Positions 1-10,084 of a DNA stretch of 64,000 bases are shown one piece after another. Each line of letters starts with the position of its first letter. Positions within the stretch are counted from its first letter, which is position 1. Below the pieces are notes generated by a model. The model saw nothing but the letters and a program-made list of their open reading frames with translations. It did no database searches and had not been told where the DNA came from. Made by a program: the position numbers and the translations under genes. Source of the stretch: Staphylococcus phage Machias; sequence record MW349128.1. One strand, given 5' to 3'.

Positions 1-105
1 TAATGTACTAGAAATAGTGTCAATTGTTAATTCAGCTATTTCTTTGTATGAATCTTCATCTACTATATTTGATACTAACTTTTTATTTTTCTTATGTTCA
101 CTCAT
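1..105 (-). CDS. hypothetical protein, N-terminal part only (gene runs off window start)
   Basis: Minus-strand ATG at 103-105 preceded by GGAGAGAATTGC SD-like sequence; open to window edge. Confidence 0.3.
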   Translation of the reverse strand, partial: MSEHKKNKKLVSNIVDEDSYKEIAELTIDTISSTL

Positions 106-122
106 TTAAGCAATTCTCTCCT

Positions 123-416
123 TTATACCACTGAAATTCTTATAGAATCCTTGTTGTCTTCGATTTTTAAATTTTTTTTATAAAGAGCTTTTTCTTTTAA
201 TTTTTCTTTTTCTTCAGTTTCTAATATAATGTAATTAAATTCATTATTATCTTTAGAAAATCCTTCTTTAATTTTATAATCTATGTCATATAAAAGGTCT
301 ACAAAAAGTAAACCTTTATTTGAATGACATAAAGATGATAAAAGATTTTCATCATTATCAACTAGTGAATCATAAATATGAAGGATTTTCTGACTCTCTT
401 TTGTACTAAGAACCAT
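123..416 (-). CDS. hypothetical protein (97 aa)
   Basis: ORF track; compact spacing with neighbours on same strand. Confidence 0.4.
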   Translation of the reverse strand: MVLSTKESQKILHIYDSLVDNDENLLSSLCHSNKGLLFVDLLYDIDYKIKEGFSKDNNEFNYIILETEEKEKLKEKALYKKNLKIEDNKDSIRISVV

Positions 417-439
417 TAGGAAAATCCATCCTTTCTTTA

Positions 440-637
440 TTAACTATTAAGATGTCTAGGTAGATCCAACTTAGGCATACCATTATCAAAATCTTTTCTA
501 GTAGCAGATTCAACTTTTTTCTGCTGTAATCGTTTATTTTTCATTTCTTTTTCTTTAGCTTTTGTCATTGAATTAAGTATATTCAAATCCATAGTAAGTA
601 TTTCATTAAAACTTAAACGCCCTTCAAAGAGGTCCAA
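440..637 (-). CDS. hypothetical small basic protein (65 aa)
   Basis: ORF track; same-strand gene string. Confidence 0.35.
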   Translation of the reverse strand: MDLFEGRLSFNEILTMDLNILNSMTKAKEKEMKNKRLQQKKVESATRKDFDNGMPKLDLPRHLNS

Positions 638-705
638 TAGATAAGCAAGATAAGCGGCATCTTCATATACTTTTTTCTTATATTGCTTACTATCGACAGT
701 ATTGA

Positions 706-2157
706 TTAAACCAAATGAAGAGCTTCCTTGAAAAGTACTTCTGTCATATCGATATCAATTTTTCCAAGATCATTTCCACAATTAGGACATTTAGCTCCAT
801 TAATTGCATATTCTATAGCATTTTTACCTACAGAATCATAGATCTTATCAGTTAATTGATGCCCATCACGTACAGATAAGTTCTCAATAATTGTCATAAT
901 TTCTTGAAGTGATTCTTCAGGAATTTTTTGGAATTTAGGTTTTCCATCTTCTTTAAGAGATTTTAAATCTGGTACGTATACATTTTTAACATGCATTAAA
1001 GCAGTTGAGTTATTTTTAAATCTATCCGCTTCTTCTGGACTTAATCCATCTGTATGAATACTTGCTAATACAGTTAAATGTTTATCAATAGTAGGTGTGA
1101 TAATATCAAAGATAATTTTAGAGTCATTTAACATAATTCTTTCAGTTTTAGAAATTAATGAATGCTTTTCATTTTCTTCTTTAGTTGTAATATTATGAAC
1201 ATTTTTAGTTACATGTTCATAAGCTTTTTCATCTTTAAATGACATTAATTGATCGTTAGAGATTTTAACGTCTTTAAGTTCTTCTTTACAACTACCACAT
1301 TTAATATCAAATTTAGTCTCACCAGGGAATGAAATATTGTATAATCCGTATTCTAAAGTACTAACATCATATACAGAAGTTAACTTAGCAAAATCTGAGA
1401 AGTTTTTAATTCCTAATGAATTTGTATTAACTTTATGGAAGTATAACTGATATCTTTTTAAAACTGAATTATAATCATCATCAATAGATTCTGCAATAGA
1501 AAGAATTTCTTGGTTACGTAAACTTTCCATATGAGCAATATAAGCTGATTGTGATAATACTACTTGATGTGTAGCTTTACTATTTAATACAAAATTAGTA
1601 TTTTCTTTATTAACATCATAGTCAATATCTGAAATAATTTCAATATTATTTAAATCTACATTAATATTACTTAAAATATTATTTCTTTCATTAGAATCAA
1701 TTTTAGAAAGTTCTTCAATTTCTTTTTGAACTTTTTGTTGATGTCTATTAAGATCTTGTTGATGACTTTCAAATTGATCTAAAGTCATAGATTCAGTATC
1801 TTCTGCTGGAGAAGATAAGGTAGGTTCTTCGTTTTTTTGAGTTAAATGATCATAGTCTTTATAATTTTGAGCCGGTTCTGGTTGAGACAAATCAATATGA
1901 TCAGTTTTAGCTTCTTCATTTTGTTTTTGGTCATTCTTATTTCTTTGAGTCGGAATAGCCGATTTATTTTGGTTATTATTTTTCTTACGTTTATTTTTAT
2001 TACCATTTCTATTATTATTTTTATTTCGGTTATTTTGTGATTTATTTTGATTATTATTTGTTTCTTCTTGCTTTTTATCAACGTCTACGCCTAATTCTTT
2101 TAATTCATCTTCTGACATGAAGTTATCAAGTTCATTATTGTCTGCTTTTCTTACCAT
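706..2157 (-). CDS. hypothetical protein with Asn/Lys-rich low-complexity N-terminal region and two CxxC pairs (CGSC..., CPNC) in C-terminal half
   Basis: 483-aa ORF; CxxC motifs seen in translation; function unknown. Confidence 0.5.
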   Translation of the reverse strand: MVRKADNNELDNFMSEDELKELGVDVDKKQEETNNNQNKSQNNRNKNNNRNGNKNKRKKNNNQNKSAIPTQRNKNDQKQNEEAKTDHIDLSQPEPAQNYKDYDHLTQKNEEPTLSSPAEDTESMTLDQFESHQQDLNRHQQKVQKEIEELSKIDSNERNNILSNINVDLNNIEIISDIDYDVNKENTNFVLNSKATHQVVLSQSAYIAHMESLRNQEILSIAESIDDDYNSVLKRYQLYFHKVNTNSLGIKNFSDFAKLTSVYDVSTLEYGLYNISFPGETKFDIKCGSCKEELKDVKISNDQLMSFKDEKAYEHVTKNVHNITTKEENEKHSLISKTERIMLNDSKIIFDIITPTIDKHLTVLASIHTDGLSPEEADRFKNNSTALMHVKNVYVPDLKSLKEDGKPKFQKIPEESLQEIMTIIENLSVRDGHQLTDKIYDSVGKNAIEYAINGAKCPNCGNDLGKIDIDMTEVLFKEALHLV

Positions 2158-2194
2158 TTATAATATTCTCCATTCTTTTCTTTTAATTTTATAT

Positions 2195-2647
2195 TTAAGC
2201 AAGTACTAATTTAGTTACCATTTTCTTAGTTAAATTATTTGAAGCAAATACGAATGAAAATATCTGTTGGTTATTTATATCTAATATATCAGATAAATTA
2301 ACATCTATTTTTAAACTATTTATATTCGCATTACTATTTTCTAATTTACTTATTTTTACTTCAACATTTACTGACTGAGAGACTATATATCTTGTTATTT
2401 GATTATTTATATTGGCACTTATATCCATAATTGTATCATTATCTAAAATTTCAAATAAATAATCTTCAATACCAACTCCTAAACCAGGAGTATTTGGATA
2501 TGTACCAGGTTTCATAATGATTAAATTCTGTATCGTCTGTCCCATGGCTTCCATGTCATCTAACATCATTTGACGGTTATATACATTTTGAGCCATAAAT
2601 ATTTCTTTTCTAAAATGTTTTGTATCTTTAGCGATATAATTCACCAA
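2195..2647 (-). CDS. gp25/GPW-like baseplate wedge protein (tentative)
   Basis: 150 aa; motif YPNTPGLGVGIEDYLFE resembles the conserved xPFxPxFGxxLxxLLFE core of T4 gp25/P2 gpW family. Confidence 0.45.
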   Translation of the reverse strand: MVNYIAKDTKHFRKEIFMAQNVYNRQMMLDDMEAMGQTIQNLIIMKPGTYPNTPGLGVGIEDYLFEILDNDTIMDISANINNQITRYIVSQSVNVEVKISKLENSNANINSLKIDVNLSDILDINNQQIFSFVFASNNLTKKMVTKLVLA

Positions 2648-2741
2648 CTTTCAATATTTATACTATATAATATTATATTATATAAAATAATATATCCTTA
2701 ATTTTTTATGTATAAATGATAGAAACAACATCTTATAAATA

Positions 2742-3503
2742 ATGAGAGAAAGAACGGTGAATTTAATAATGGCAACAAAATATCATAAATGTCCTTTCTG
2801 TGATAAAAAATATATTAACAAAAGTGGTTTATATAACCATATGGGAAAAACACATCCTTTAGAATTGGGTGATTTATCTCCAGCAAATGTATATTTTAAT
2901 TTCAGAAATAAGAAAACTCATGGTACATGCATTATATGTGGTAAACCAACTAAATTTAATGAACAAACTGAAAAGTATGAACGTGTACATGATAAAGTAT
3001 GTAAAGATAAATATAGACAGCAGTTTAAAGATAGAATGAATAAAAAGTACGGTAAAACAACTTTACTAAATGATCCAGACATGCAAAATAAAATGTTAGA
3101 AAATAGAAGAATTTCAGGTAAATATCATTGGAGTTCTGGTAAAGGATTACCTACACAATATGTAGGATCGTATGAAAAAGATTTCTTAGAATTCTTAGAT
3201 AAACAGATGGATCTTAAGTCAAATAATGTATTATCACCATCAAATATAGCATTACCTTATAAATTTGCTAATAAAGAACATTTTTACATGCCCGATTTTT
3301 ACATGCCTGATTTTAATTTATTAATAGAAATTAAAGGTAGAAATAATCATTATCAAAAACGTGATGAAATTAAAGAAAAGAAAAAAGATGAAGTTGCTAA
3401 AAATTCAGGATACAATTATATAAAAGTAGTAGACAAAAATTATAATGAATTTATTAATCTCATAGGAAAATTACGTGAAAATGATGGTATTAAAGCAAAA
3501 TAA
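2742..3503 (+). CDS. Zn-finger protein with C-terminal PD-(D/E)xK-like motif; possible free-standing homing endonuclease
   Basis: N-terminal C2H2-like CPFC...HMGKTH and second CIICGK pair; duplicated MPDFY followed by LLIEIKG (D...E-x-K pattern). Confidence 0.35.
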   Translation: MRERTVNLIMATKYHKCPFCDKKYINKSGLYNHMGKTHPLELGDLSPANVYFNFRNKKTHGTCIICGKPTKFNEQTEKYERVHDKVCKDKYRQQFKDRMNKKYGKTTLLNDPDMQNKMLENRRISGKYHWSSGKGLPTQYVGSYEKDFLEFLDKQMDLKSNNVLSPSNIALPYKFANKEHFYMPDFYMPDFNLLIEIKGRNNHYQKRDEIKEKKKDEVAKNSGYNYIKVVDKNYNEFINLIGKLRENDGIKAK

Positions 3504-3567
3504 GGTATTATTTTTTTATATTTTCTGAAGAATAAAATATTATAATAATTGAATTCTGAGGAGAGAT

Positions 3568-4134
3568 TTGGATATGAAAAAATTTATTTTATTATGTGGA
3601 GTTTCAGGAAGTGGAAAATCTTATTTGGCTGAAAATTTAGTAACCCAAAAAGATTTTCCACATTTATCTTTCAAAAAATTAGATCAAGTAACAACTAGAC
3701 CAATTAGAGATAATGAAATTGATGGAAAAGATTATGTGTTTTTAAATAAAGAGGAATACGATTCTATGAAAGATAAATTAATTGCTAAAACCAATTTCTA
3801 TGAAAATTATTATGGAACTATTGATCAAAGCTATAGATACCCAGAAAATGGTTTATACAATGTAAATATAATCATTGTAAATAGAGAAGGCAGAGATGCT
3901 TCTGTAAGAGATATTAAAGAAAAATATGGTAATGAATCAGATATAGTAACAATTCAAGTTATTAATGAAAATAATCAAATTAAACGTGAAGGAAGAAATG
4001 AAAAAGATTTGATTAAAGAAAAAGAAGATCTAGATGAAATTACTGATATTAATGTATATAATAATACAGGAGATTGGTTATCTGAAAAAGACTTTATTAA
4101 AACTTTGATTAAACATAAATTTGTTAATCAATAA
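3568..4134 (+). CDS. P-loop nucleoside-monophosphate kinase, guanylate-kinase-like
   Basis: Walker A GVSGSGKS plus TTRPIRDNEIDGKDYVF matching guanylate kinase TTRxxRxGExxGxDYxF signature. Confidence 0.65.
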   Translation: MDMKKFILLCGVSGSGKSYLAENLVTQKDFPHLSFKKLDQVTTRPIRDNEIDGKDYVFLNKEEYDSMKDKLIAKTNFYENYYGTIDQSYRYPENGLYNVNIIIVNREGRDASVRDIKEKYGNESDIVTIQVINENNQIKREGRNEKDLIKEKEDLDEITDINVYNNTGDWLSEKDFIKTLIKHKFVNQ

Positions 4135-4150
4135 TATTATATGAAAAGGA

Positions 4151-4927
4151 GTGATGATAGTGTCTAATTTGTGGCAAAAAACGAACTATACATCTAAAGT
4201 TAAATATATTAAAGATACTATCATTACTGAATATGATATAAAGTCAGCAGGAATGAATATTCTTTATGATTCTAATTGGTTAGATGAAAAAACTTACAAT
4301 ATGTTAAAAAATACACCTAAGTACGAAAGAAATGTAATCATTGGTAAGATGTTAAGAAAAAATAAAGATATGAATAATGCACTAATAGAAGGATTTAAAA
4401 TAGCTAGAAAATTTTTTATGATGAATAATAATCTATCAGATAATGATGTTTTAAGTATAAAAAAAGATGCTATATTTGTTATTGGTAAAAAATGTAATAA
4501 TTTAAAAATATCAAATAATGTTAGGTTTGTTGAAAGTGATACATTTGACAATTACATCAATATATTAGATAAAGAACATTATATTGATTTGTATAATAAT
4601 AGAATAGAAATTAAAGGTTATCAGAAGGGAATTAAAGAACATCATGAAAAATATTTATTTAATTTTTTATTTGAATGTCTTTGGGAAGATAAAAAGAAAG
4701 ATAAAACAGATCTTTACAAGAAACTACTAATATTTAAAAATAATTTAATAAATCATAATTTAGATCCAGGTTATTATAAAGATATTATAGAGAATGAATA
4801 TATTATAGATTTAAACACAATGAAAGTTTTTATAGACGAAGATTTAGAAGATAATTTAAGAAATGGTAATTTATCATATGAAAATCAATTAAGATTTTTA
4901 ACAGATTTAATAAGTACTCTTTTATAA
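4151..4927 (+). CDS. hypothetical protein (258 aa)
   Basis: ORF with GGAG SD; no recognisable motif. Confidence 0.5.
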   Translation: MMIVSNLWQKTNYTSKVKYIKDTIITEYDIKSAGMNILYDSNWLDEKTYNMLKNTPKYERNVIIGKMLRKNKDMNNALIEGFKIARKFFMMNNNLSDNDVLSIKKDAIFVIGKKCNNLKISNNVRFVESDTFDNYINILDKEHYIDLYNNRIEIKGYQKGIKEHHEKYLFNFLFECLWEDKKKDKTDLYKKLLIFKNNLINHNLDPGYYKDIIENEYIIDLNTMKVFIDEDLEDNLRNGNLSYENQLRFLTDLISTLL

Positions 4928-4945
4928 AAAAAAAAAAATAATAAA

Positions 4946-4983
4946 ATATCCCCAATACCTAAATTAATAGGTATTGGGGATAT
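4946..4983. terminator. bidirectional intrinsic terminator between convergent genes
   Basis: Perfect inverted repeat ATATCCCCAATACC-loop-GGTATTGGGGATAT flanked by A-run and T-run. Confidence 0.65.
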
Positions 4984-4987
4984 ATTT

Positions 4988-6739
4988 TTAAAAATCGTGA
5001 AAAATACTACCAGGTTCAAATTCTTCATTACTATTTGTATTTTCATTAGCAATAGGACCATTTTTAAATTGATTAGCAATATTAGTCATTTTAGTTTTAG
5101 CTGCCACAGAATCTATAGTACTTTCTAAGTTTGATCCTATAGATTCTACACCTTTAAGTTCAGGTGTTCCTTCATCAACAGCAAGTTTAAATGAATTATC
5201 AAATGGTTGAGCAAAGTATTCAACCCTATCTTCACCCATTTTACCACGACTAGCAATTAGTTTAAATGATAAATGATCATCTTGAGTTTCATCACTAGCA
5301 TTTTCTCTATTTATAATGATACCATAGTCTATATTCTCTATAATCATAGCTGATTCAGCAATTTGACTTCTGTCTAATTGTTTAGCAATATCTGTCTTTT
5401 TCTCACTTATAGCTTTCTCTACATTTCTGTATGCTTCTCTGTTAAGTTGAGCTGCTGTCACTACTGGTATATCCTTTTCCTTAGCAAATACCGTAAATTC
5501 ATCACTAATGGCACCTAAGCGTATACGTAAATCTTCGATATGATCTGAAGCTCTAATACGTTTTAAATAGTCTTGCACAACCATCATTAATTGATATCCT
5601 TCATCTTCTAAGTTTTCATAAACTTCATAAAGATAATCAGTAGATACTTCATTATTCTTTTTATATTCAACTACAATACTAATTCCAGTTTGTCTATAAG
5701 TATAATCAATTAATTGATTTACACATTCTTGTGGTGATTGATTTGATTCACTCATAGAATGACCTGTTACATATTCATAAAGTCTATCAAGAGATTCACT
5801 CATAGAGTTTTCCATAGTTAAATAATATATTACTGGTTTTTTATTAGGATCTAAATTATTAATATCAGAAGCTTTGTTAGCTAAAGTAACACTCATTAAC
5901 ATATTAAGTAATGTCCCAGATTTAAAACTTTTAGGTGTTCCGAAGAATGAATAAACACGACCATTTTCAAAACCACCATTAATCATTTTATTTAACATCT
6001 TATATCCAGTTTTAAGTTTATTAGTTGGATTTCTTAATTTATCAATTGAATCCGCCATTACCTCTACAGCCATATCTGTTTCTAAAAAGTTAATAAAGCT
6101 ATTTTTAGTGCTAGATGAAGTGTTTGTAGTTCTTTTAATAACTTTATTAACTTGAGATATCGGTTCAGATATTTCTTTTAATAAATCGGATGGACTTAAT
6201 CGATCCATGGTTAATTGATCATATGCATATTTAAATAGATTTACTTTTTGATATAACTCCAAAGCAGCATATCTTTCTTTTACATACGTATTAATACTAT
6301 CAATTTCTTTATCAGATAAATGCTTTAGATCACCATCATAATACATTTTAATACCATTCACTATTTCATATAAATGTGATTCAGACATTTTACCCTTAAA
6401 TTTATCTACTAGATGTTCTAAAAGTATAGAAGGAGATTCTATAGACTCTTCTAATCTAACTTTAACTAATTCTTTTAATACTTTAATTGTATCTTTTTGG
6501 TGTTGTTGACGTTCATCATAAACAGAATCTTCATTTATATTTCCTAAGAATTTATTTAATCTTTTTAAATTTGTATTATTAATAAGTCTATTTTCTGTAA
6601 TTGTATACTTGATTATTTGCATTAAAGTATTGTACGGTATACTTATATTTGCATAATTTATCATTTGTTGATTTTCATCTATAAAGTATGATTGTCCATT
6701 TCCGTTCTGATTTGTCATGTTATTATCTAAAAATGCCAT
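4988..6739 (-). CDS. DnaB-family replicative helicase-like protein
   Basis: C-terminal region with VQDYLKRIR...IPVVTAAQLNRE resembling DnaB motifs H3/H4 (xQLNR); 583 aa. Confidence 0.55.
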   Translation of the reverse strand: MAFLDNNMTNQNGNGQSYFIDENQQMINYANISIPYNTLMQIIKYTITENRLINNTNLKRLNKFLGNINEDSVYDERQQHQKDTIKVLKELVKVRLEESIESPSILLEHLVDKFKGKMSESHLYEIVNGIKMYYDGDLKHLSDKEIDSINTYVKERYAALELYQKVNLFKYAYDQLTMDRLSPSDLLKEISEPISQVNKVIKRTTNTSSSTKNSFINFLETDMAVEVMADSIDKLRNPTNKLKTGYKMLNKMINGGFENGRVYSFFGTPKSFKSGTLLNMLMSVTLANKASDINNLDPNKKPVIYYLTMENSMSESLDRLYEYVTGHSMSESNQSPQECVNQLIDYTYRQTGISIVVEYKKNNEVSTDYLYEVYENLEDEGYQLMMVVQDYLKRIRASDHIEDLRIRLGAISDEFTVFAKEKDIPVVTAAQLNREAYRNVEKAISEKKTDIAKQLDRSQIAESAMIIENIDYGIIINRENASDETQDDHLSFKLIASRGKMGEDRVEYFAQPFDNSFKLAVDEGTPELKGVESIGSNLESTIDSVAAKTKMTNIANQFKNGPIANENTNSNEEFEPGSIFHDF

Positions 6740-6766
6740 ATCGTTAATACACTCTCCATTACGTCA

Positions 6767-7912
6767 TTATTTTTCTTTATCTAAATTAATTAAATCTTCA
6801 AAATCTGGATCAATTATATTTTTAACTTCTTTTAAATCTAAATCTTTATCATGTTTAATAGAGTTAAATTTAATAATAGTCTCAGGTACATCAAGTTCAT
6901 CATCTAAGATAAATTGATATTTCTCGTCAACTTTTACTTCCTTAATATTTTTGTTGTTAAATTGAACTTTGATATTTTTATCGGAACTAGAAATTTGCTT
7001 AATTATATCAACATCATCCTTAGACGTTGAAACAAATCTTACATAATCATTTTCTTGACGTAAATCATTGATTATTTCTAGTTTCTTTTGTTCCGTTAGA
7101 TTTTCATATTGATCCATATTTATAGTAACGTAAGTTGGAGCTTTTTCATTTAAAATTAATTCTACACTATAATCATCTTCATTAAGATTATTTTCAATAA
7201 CTAAGAATCCTTTATCTTCAGTATCTTTAAATGAATATCTTGAATATGAACCACAGTAATATACTTTATCTTTATATTCATGAAAATCATGAATATGACC
7301 ATAAACAGTTACACCTTTAGTAACTCTCATTAACTCTTTTGATTCTAATATCGGAGCCGATTTAACTGGATTCTCTGAATCATCTTCATCAGGTACAAAT
7401 GTAACAAAATCAATCATACCATGTCCAAATATATTATCATAAGTGTTATCTTCAACTGAATAAAGTAGATCATTGTAATATTCTTTCTTATCATCTGGAT
7501 ATTCTTCAGGTATATAAAGTAAATTAACTTCTTTACCATTATGTTTAACTAATTCAGATTCCAATGTATTAATAATCTTAAAATTATTATATTCTAATTC
7601 ATTTTGATTAAATACATCAAGTTGATTAAAGTCATGTGTTTTTGTACCTTTTAATAAACGTAATAAGAAGTTCTTTTCTTCTGATAAAGTAAACATACGG
7701 TCCATGAACTCTAATACTTCTTTACCAGAAGGTTCATTAAATCTAATAACTCTATCAAATAAATCTCCTGAAATAACAACCATATCAATATCATTATTAT
7801 CTTCTATATATTTAACAAAGTATTCATTAAGTTCATCAGTTAATTTTTTAGGGTTTTTCTTTCCATAATGTAGATCTGCTATAGCTACTGTTTTAAAAAT
7901 ATTATTTCCCAT
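6767..7912 (-). CDS. SbcD/Mre11-family metallophosphoesterase nuclease
   Basis: IADLHYG, GDLFD, GHGM and GHIHD motifs in the canonical order of calcineurin-like phosphoesterases. Confidence 0.7.
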   Translation of the reverse strand: MGNNIFKTVAIADLHYGKKNPKKLTDELNEYFVKYIEDNNDIDMVVISGDLFDRVIRFNEPSGKEVLEFMDRMFTLSEEKNFLLRLLKGTKTHDFNQLDVFNQNELEYNNFKIINTLESELVKHNGKEVNLLYIPEEYPDDKKEYYNDLLYSVEDNTYDNIFGHGMIDFVTFVPDEDDSENPVKSAPILESKELMRVTKGVTVYGHIHDFHEYKDKVYYCGSYSRYSFKDTEDKGFLVIENNLNEDDYSVELILNEKAPTYVTINMDQYENLTEQKKLEIINDLRQENDYVRFVSTSKDDVDIIKQISSSDKNIKVQFNNKNIKEVKVDEKYQFILDDELDVPETIIKFNSIKHDKDLDLKEVKNIIDPDFEDLINLDKEK

Positions 7913-8354
7913 TAATAAATTTCTCCTTTTCTACTAAAAAGTCTATCATTTCTTTAATACAACTTTCTACATAATCAAGACTTTTATAAGTATCATTACT
8001 TTCGTTCGCCATTAAACCGTTTAAAAATATTTCAGGCATTAGATCTCCTGAATGAGCACAATCAAAACCAATTATACCACCTTCATTATAAGTAATACCT
8101 CCATGAGCATAATATTCTAATTTCTCATCATAATTTCCTGCACCAATCTCAATATATCCACTTAAATGTCCTAATGTATCATGTCTGACTATGAATGCAT
8201 TGTATCCTTTATATTTAAATTCATATCTTGATTTTCTTACTCCAAGTTTTTTATTTTCACTATCAATTATAAATTTTAATGTATCCTTATTCATGATCTT
8301 CATCACCATATCCATTAATTTCTTTTTCTTTATTATCTTCATTAAGATAGTCAA
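7902..8354 (-). CDS. hypothetical protein (150 aa)
   Basis: ORF track, overlaps neighbours by few codons (operon-like). Confidence 0.45.
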   Translation of the reverse strand: MTILMKIIKKKKLMDMVMKIMNKDTLKFIIDSENKKLGVRKSRYEFKYKGYNAFIVRHDTLGHLSGYIEIGAGNYDEKLEYYAHGGITYNEGGIIGFDCAHSGDLMPEIFLNGLMANESNDTYKSLDYVESCIKEMIDFLVEKEKFINGK

Positions 8355-8793
8355 TTAATTTGTCTAAATGTCCTGATTCAATACTTTCATCTATTTTTTC
8401 TTTAATTTCGTCACTAATATTCTCTCTATTAGTTTTAATATATTCATGAACTGCTTCAGCTAATTCATCACTAATATTAACTAAATTAGCTTCTTTATTT
8501 TCATCAAATTCTAAATAAGCAAAAGCAGCTTTATCAAAACAAGGTATACTGTCAAACATTAAGAAGTTTATATCATCTGAAGTGTATTTATCTTTTGTAT
8601 GTCCTAAATAAGTAAAACTAACTACTGAATGTAAAGGTGCTGGCATTATATCCATAATAATATCTTCTTCATTTTGATTAAGTTCTTTTCCAATAACTTC
8701 ATACATCTTATCTTCATCAAACTCAATTTCTTTTGTAATAGGTCCATTAACTTCATAAGGACTAGTAATTAAAAATTTTATTTTCATATCCAA
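8287..8793 (-). CDS. hypothetical acidic protein (168 aa)
   Basis: ORF track; SD GGAGAG upstream on minus strand. Confidence 0.45.
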   Translation of the reverse strand: MDMKIKFLITSPYEVNGPITKEIEFDEDKMYEVIGKELNQNEEDIIMDIMPAPLHSVVSFTYLGHTKDKYTSDDINFLMFDSIPCFDKAAFAYLEFDENKEANLVNISDELAEAVHEYIKTNRENISDEIKEKIDESIESGHLDKLIDYLNEDNKEKEINGYGDEDHE

Positions 8794-8799
8794 ATCTCT

Positions 8800-9117
8800 C
8801 CTCTTTTTCTAATATTATTTTATTCTTTCGGTTTTTTAAAATTTTCTTAATCAAATTTTTTTAAAAAACCTAGTTAATATAATTATATTACTAAATATAA
8901 TTCAATAATTAATTAATATTACTATTTTATAATATATATTTATATAAAATTTTAATTAATAAAAAATAATAGTAATTAAAAATATTATTAAAAATTAATT
9001 AATTAAAATTAAAGAAATTTTGAGATACATAAATAAAATATATAAAGACGATATAATCCATAGTAACAATTTAATATTAAGAAAATAAAAATAAACTAAA
9101 GAAAGAGTGAAATTATA
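8800..9117. promoter_or_regulatory. 318-bp almost pure A/T divergent intergenic region (strand switch); candidate divergent promoters or origin
   Basis: Genes to the left on minus strand, genes to the right on plus strand; region lacks ORFs and is >90% A+T with AATTAATTAA-type repeats. Confidence 0.3.
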
Positions 9118-10017
9118 TTGAAAACTTATGGTTTAAATGAATCTGAAATTTATAAACAATTACCAATAGATATTAATAAAATCACAAAGACTATTAAAGG
9201 AGAACATTTAGTTCAACAAGATCAATTATCTGATACATTTAATATTATTAAAAACAGAGTTAATCAAGCTTCAAAGAATGAAGTTGTTAATGAATTAGAG
9301 AATGGTAATATTATCTTAATGAACTCCAAGGAAGTTAAATTACCTAATTTTATGCCAGTATTAAATATACAAGGAAATAAATCTTTAGTGAATATAACTC
9401 CATATATTAAATCTAATATGAATATCAATCCTAATACTTTATTTGGATTAGCTCAAGCAGGATTGATTAATATTAAAATTAAAGAAAATGCAAATAAAAT
9501 TAGAAACAATGCTAAACTTTTAATTTATGCTAGTCAAATATATTCTAGATTAACAACAAAAGTAATTGATAAACTTTATGCAACTAATATTAATAAAAAA
9601 GACTCTGATTTAGTTTCATATATGTTTGCTAAATTCTTTTTAGTAAGCGTAGTAGGTAGAGCTAATGATGATACTACAGAACAAATAGCTTACAAATCAT
9701 GTCATAATAAAACTGATTTTGAATTAATTAAAGAAATGGAAAATAAATTTGATGGACAATCATCAATGATTAATATATTCAAATTATTTGAAGAATTTAA
9801 AAAACACCCTAATTTTAATAAATTCTCATCTAGAACATTTGTAGAAAACTTTACTAAAATGTATGGAGAAACAACAATTCTTTCAATTGATCATTTACCT
9901 TCATTTTTAGTTACAGTATTTTCAGCTTATGTAAATGCTGGAATTAATAAAGAATTCATTATATTAAATGCTATTAATGATAAAATTATTATTAACTGTT
10001 ATAGAAGTTTCTTTTAA
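9118..10017 (+). CDS. hypothetical protein (299 aa), TTG start
   Basis: ORF with AGAAAGAGTGA SD-like sequence. Confidence 0.5.
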   Translation: MKTYGLNESEIYKQLPIDINKITKTIKGEHLVQQDQLSDTFNIIKNRVNQASKNEVVNELENGNIILMNSKEVKLPNFMPVLNIQGNKSLVNITPYIKSNMNINPNTLFGLAQAGLINIKIKENANKIRNNAKLLIYASQIYSRLTTKVIDKLYATNINKKDSDLVSYMFAKFFLVSVVGRANDDTTEQIAYKSCHNKTDFELIKEMENKFDGQSSMINIFKLFEEFKKHPNFNKFSSRTFVENFTKMYGETTILSIDHLPSFLVTVFSAYVNAGINKEFIILNAINDKIIINCYRSFF

Positions 10018-10026
10018 TTAACTAGA

Positions 10027-10065
10027 GTCAATCAACTCCATTAAGGTTGATTGACTTATTTTTAT
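10027..10065 (+). terminator. intrinsic terminator
   Basis: GTCAATCAAC-loop-GTTGATTGAC followed by TTATTTTTAT. Confidence 0.55.
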
Positions 10066-10084
10066 ATAGAAAGGAGAGCTATCA

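Noticed and set aside
1842-2081. Overlapping ORFs 1842-2081(-) and 1846-2040(+)
   Set aside because: Embedded in the poly-Asn/Lys low-complexity coding region of 706-2157. Ile/Lys/Phe-only translations are typical of off-frame A/T-rich artefacts.
4294-4551. Antisense or overlapping ORFs. Coordinates (strand -): 4294-4551, 4885-5079, 16081-16272, 17284-17481, 19981-20208, 25718-25900, 31246-31494, 36111-36326, 36440-36646, 40118-40306, 41055-41240, 48456-48734, 49362-49562, 49647-49832, 50729-51058, 57430-57672, 57507-57707, 61907-62089, 63671-63889. Coordinates (strand +): 6717-6917, 24051-24251.
   Set aside because: Each lies entirely inside or antisense to a longer, motif-supported gene. 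They lack ribosome-binding sites, and they have the Leu/Ile/Phe/Ser-biased composition expected from reverse-frame reading of A/T-rich genes.
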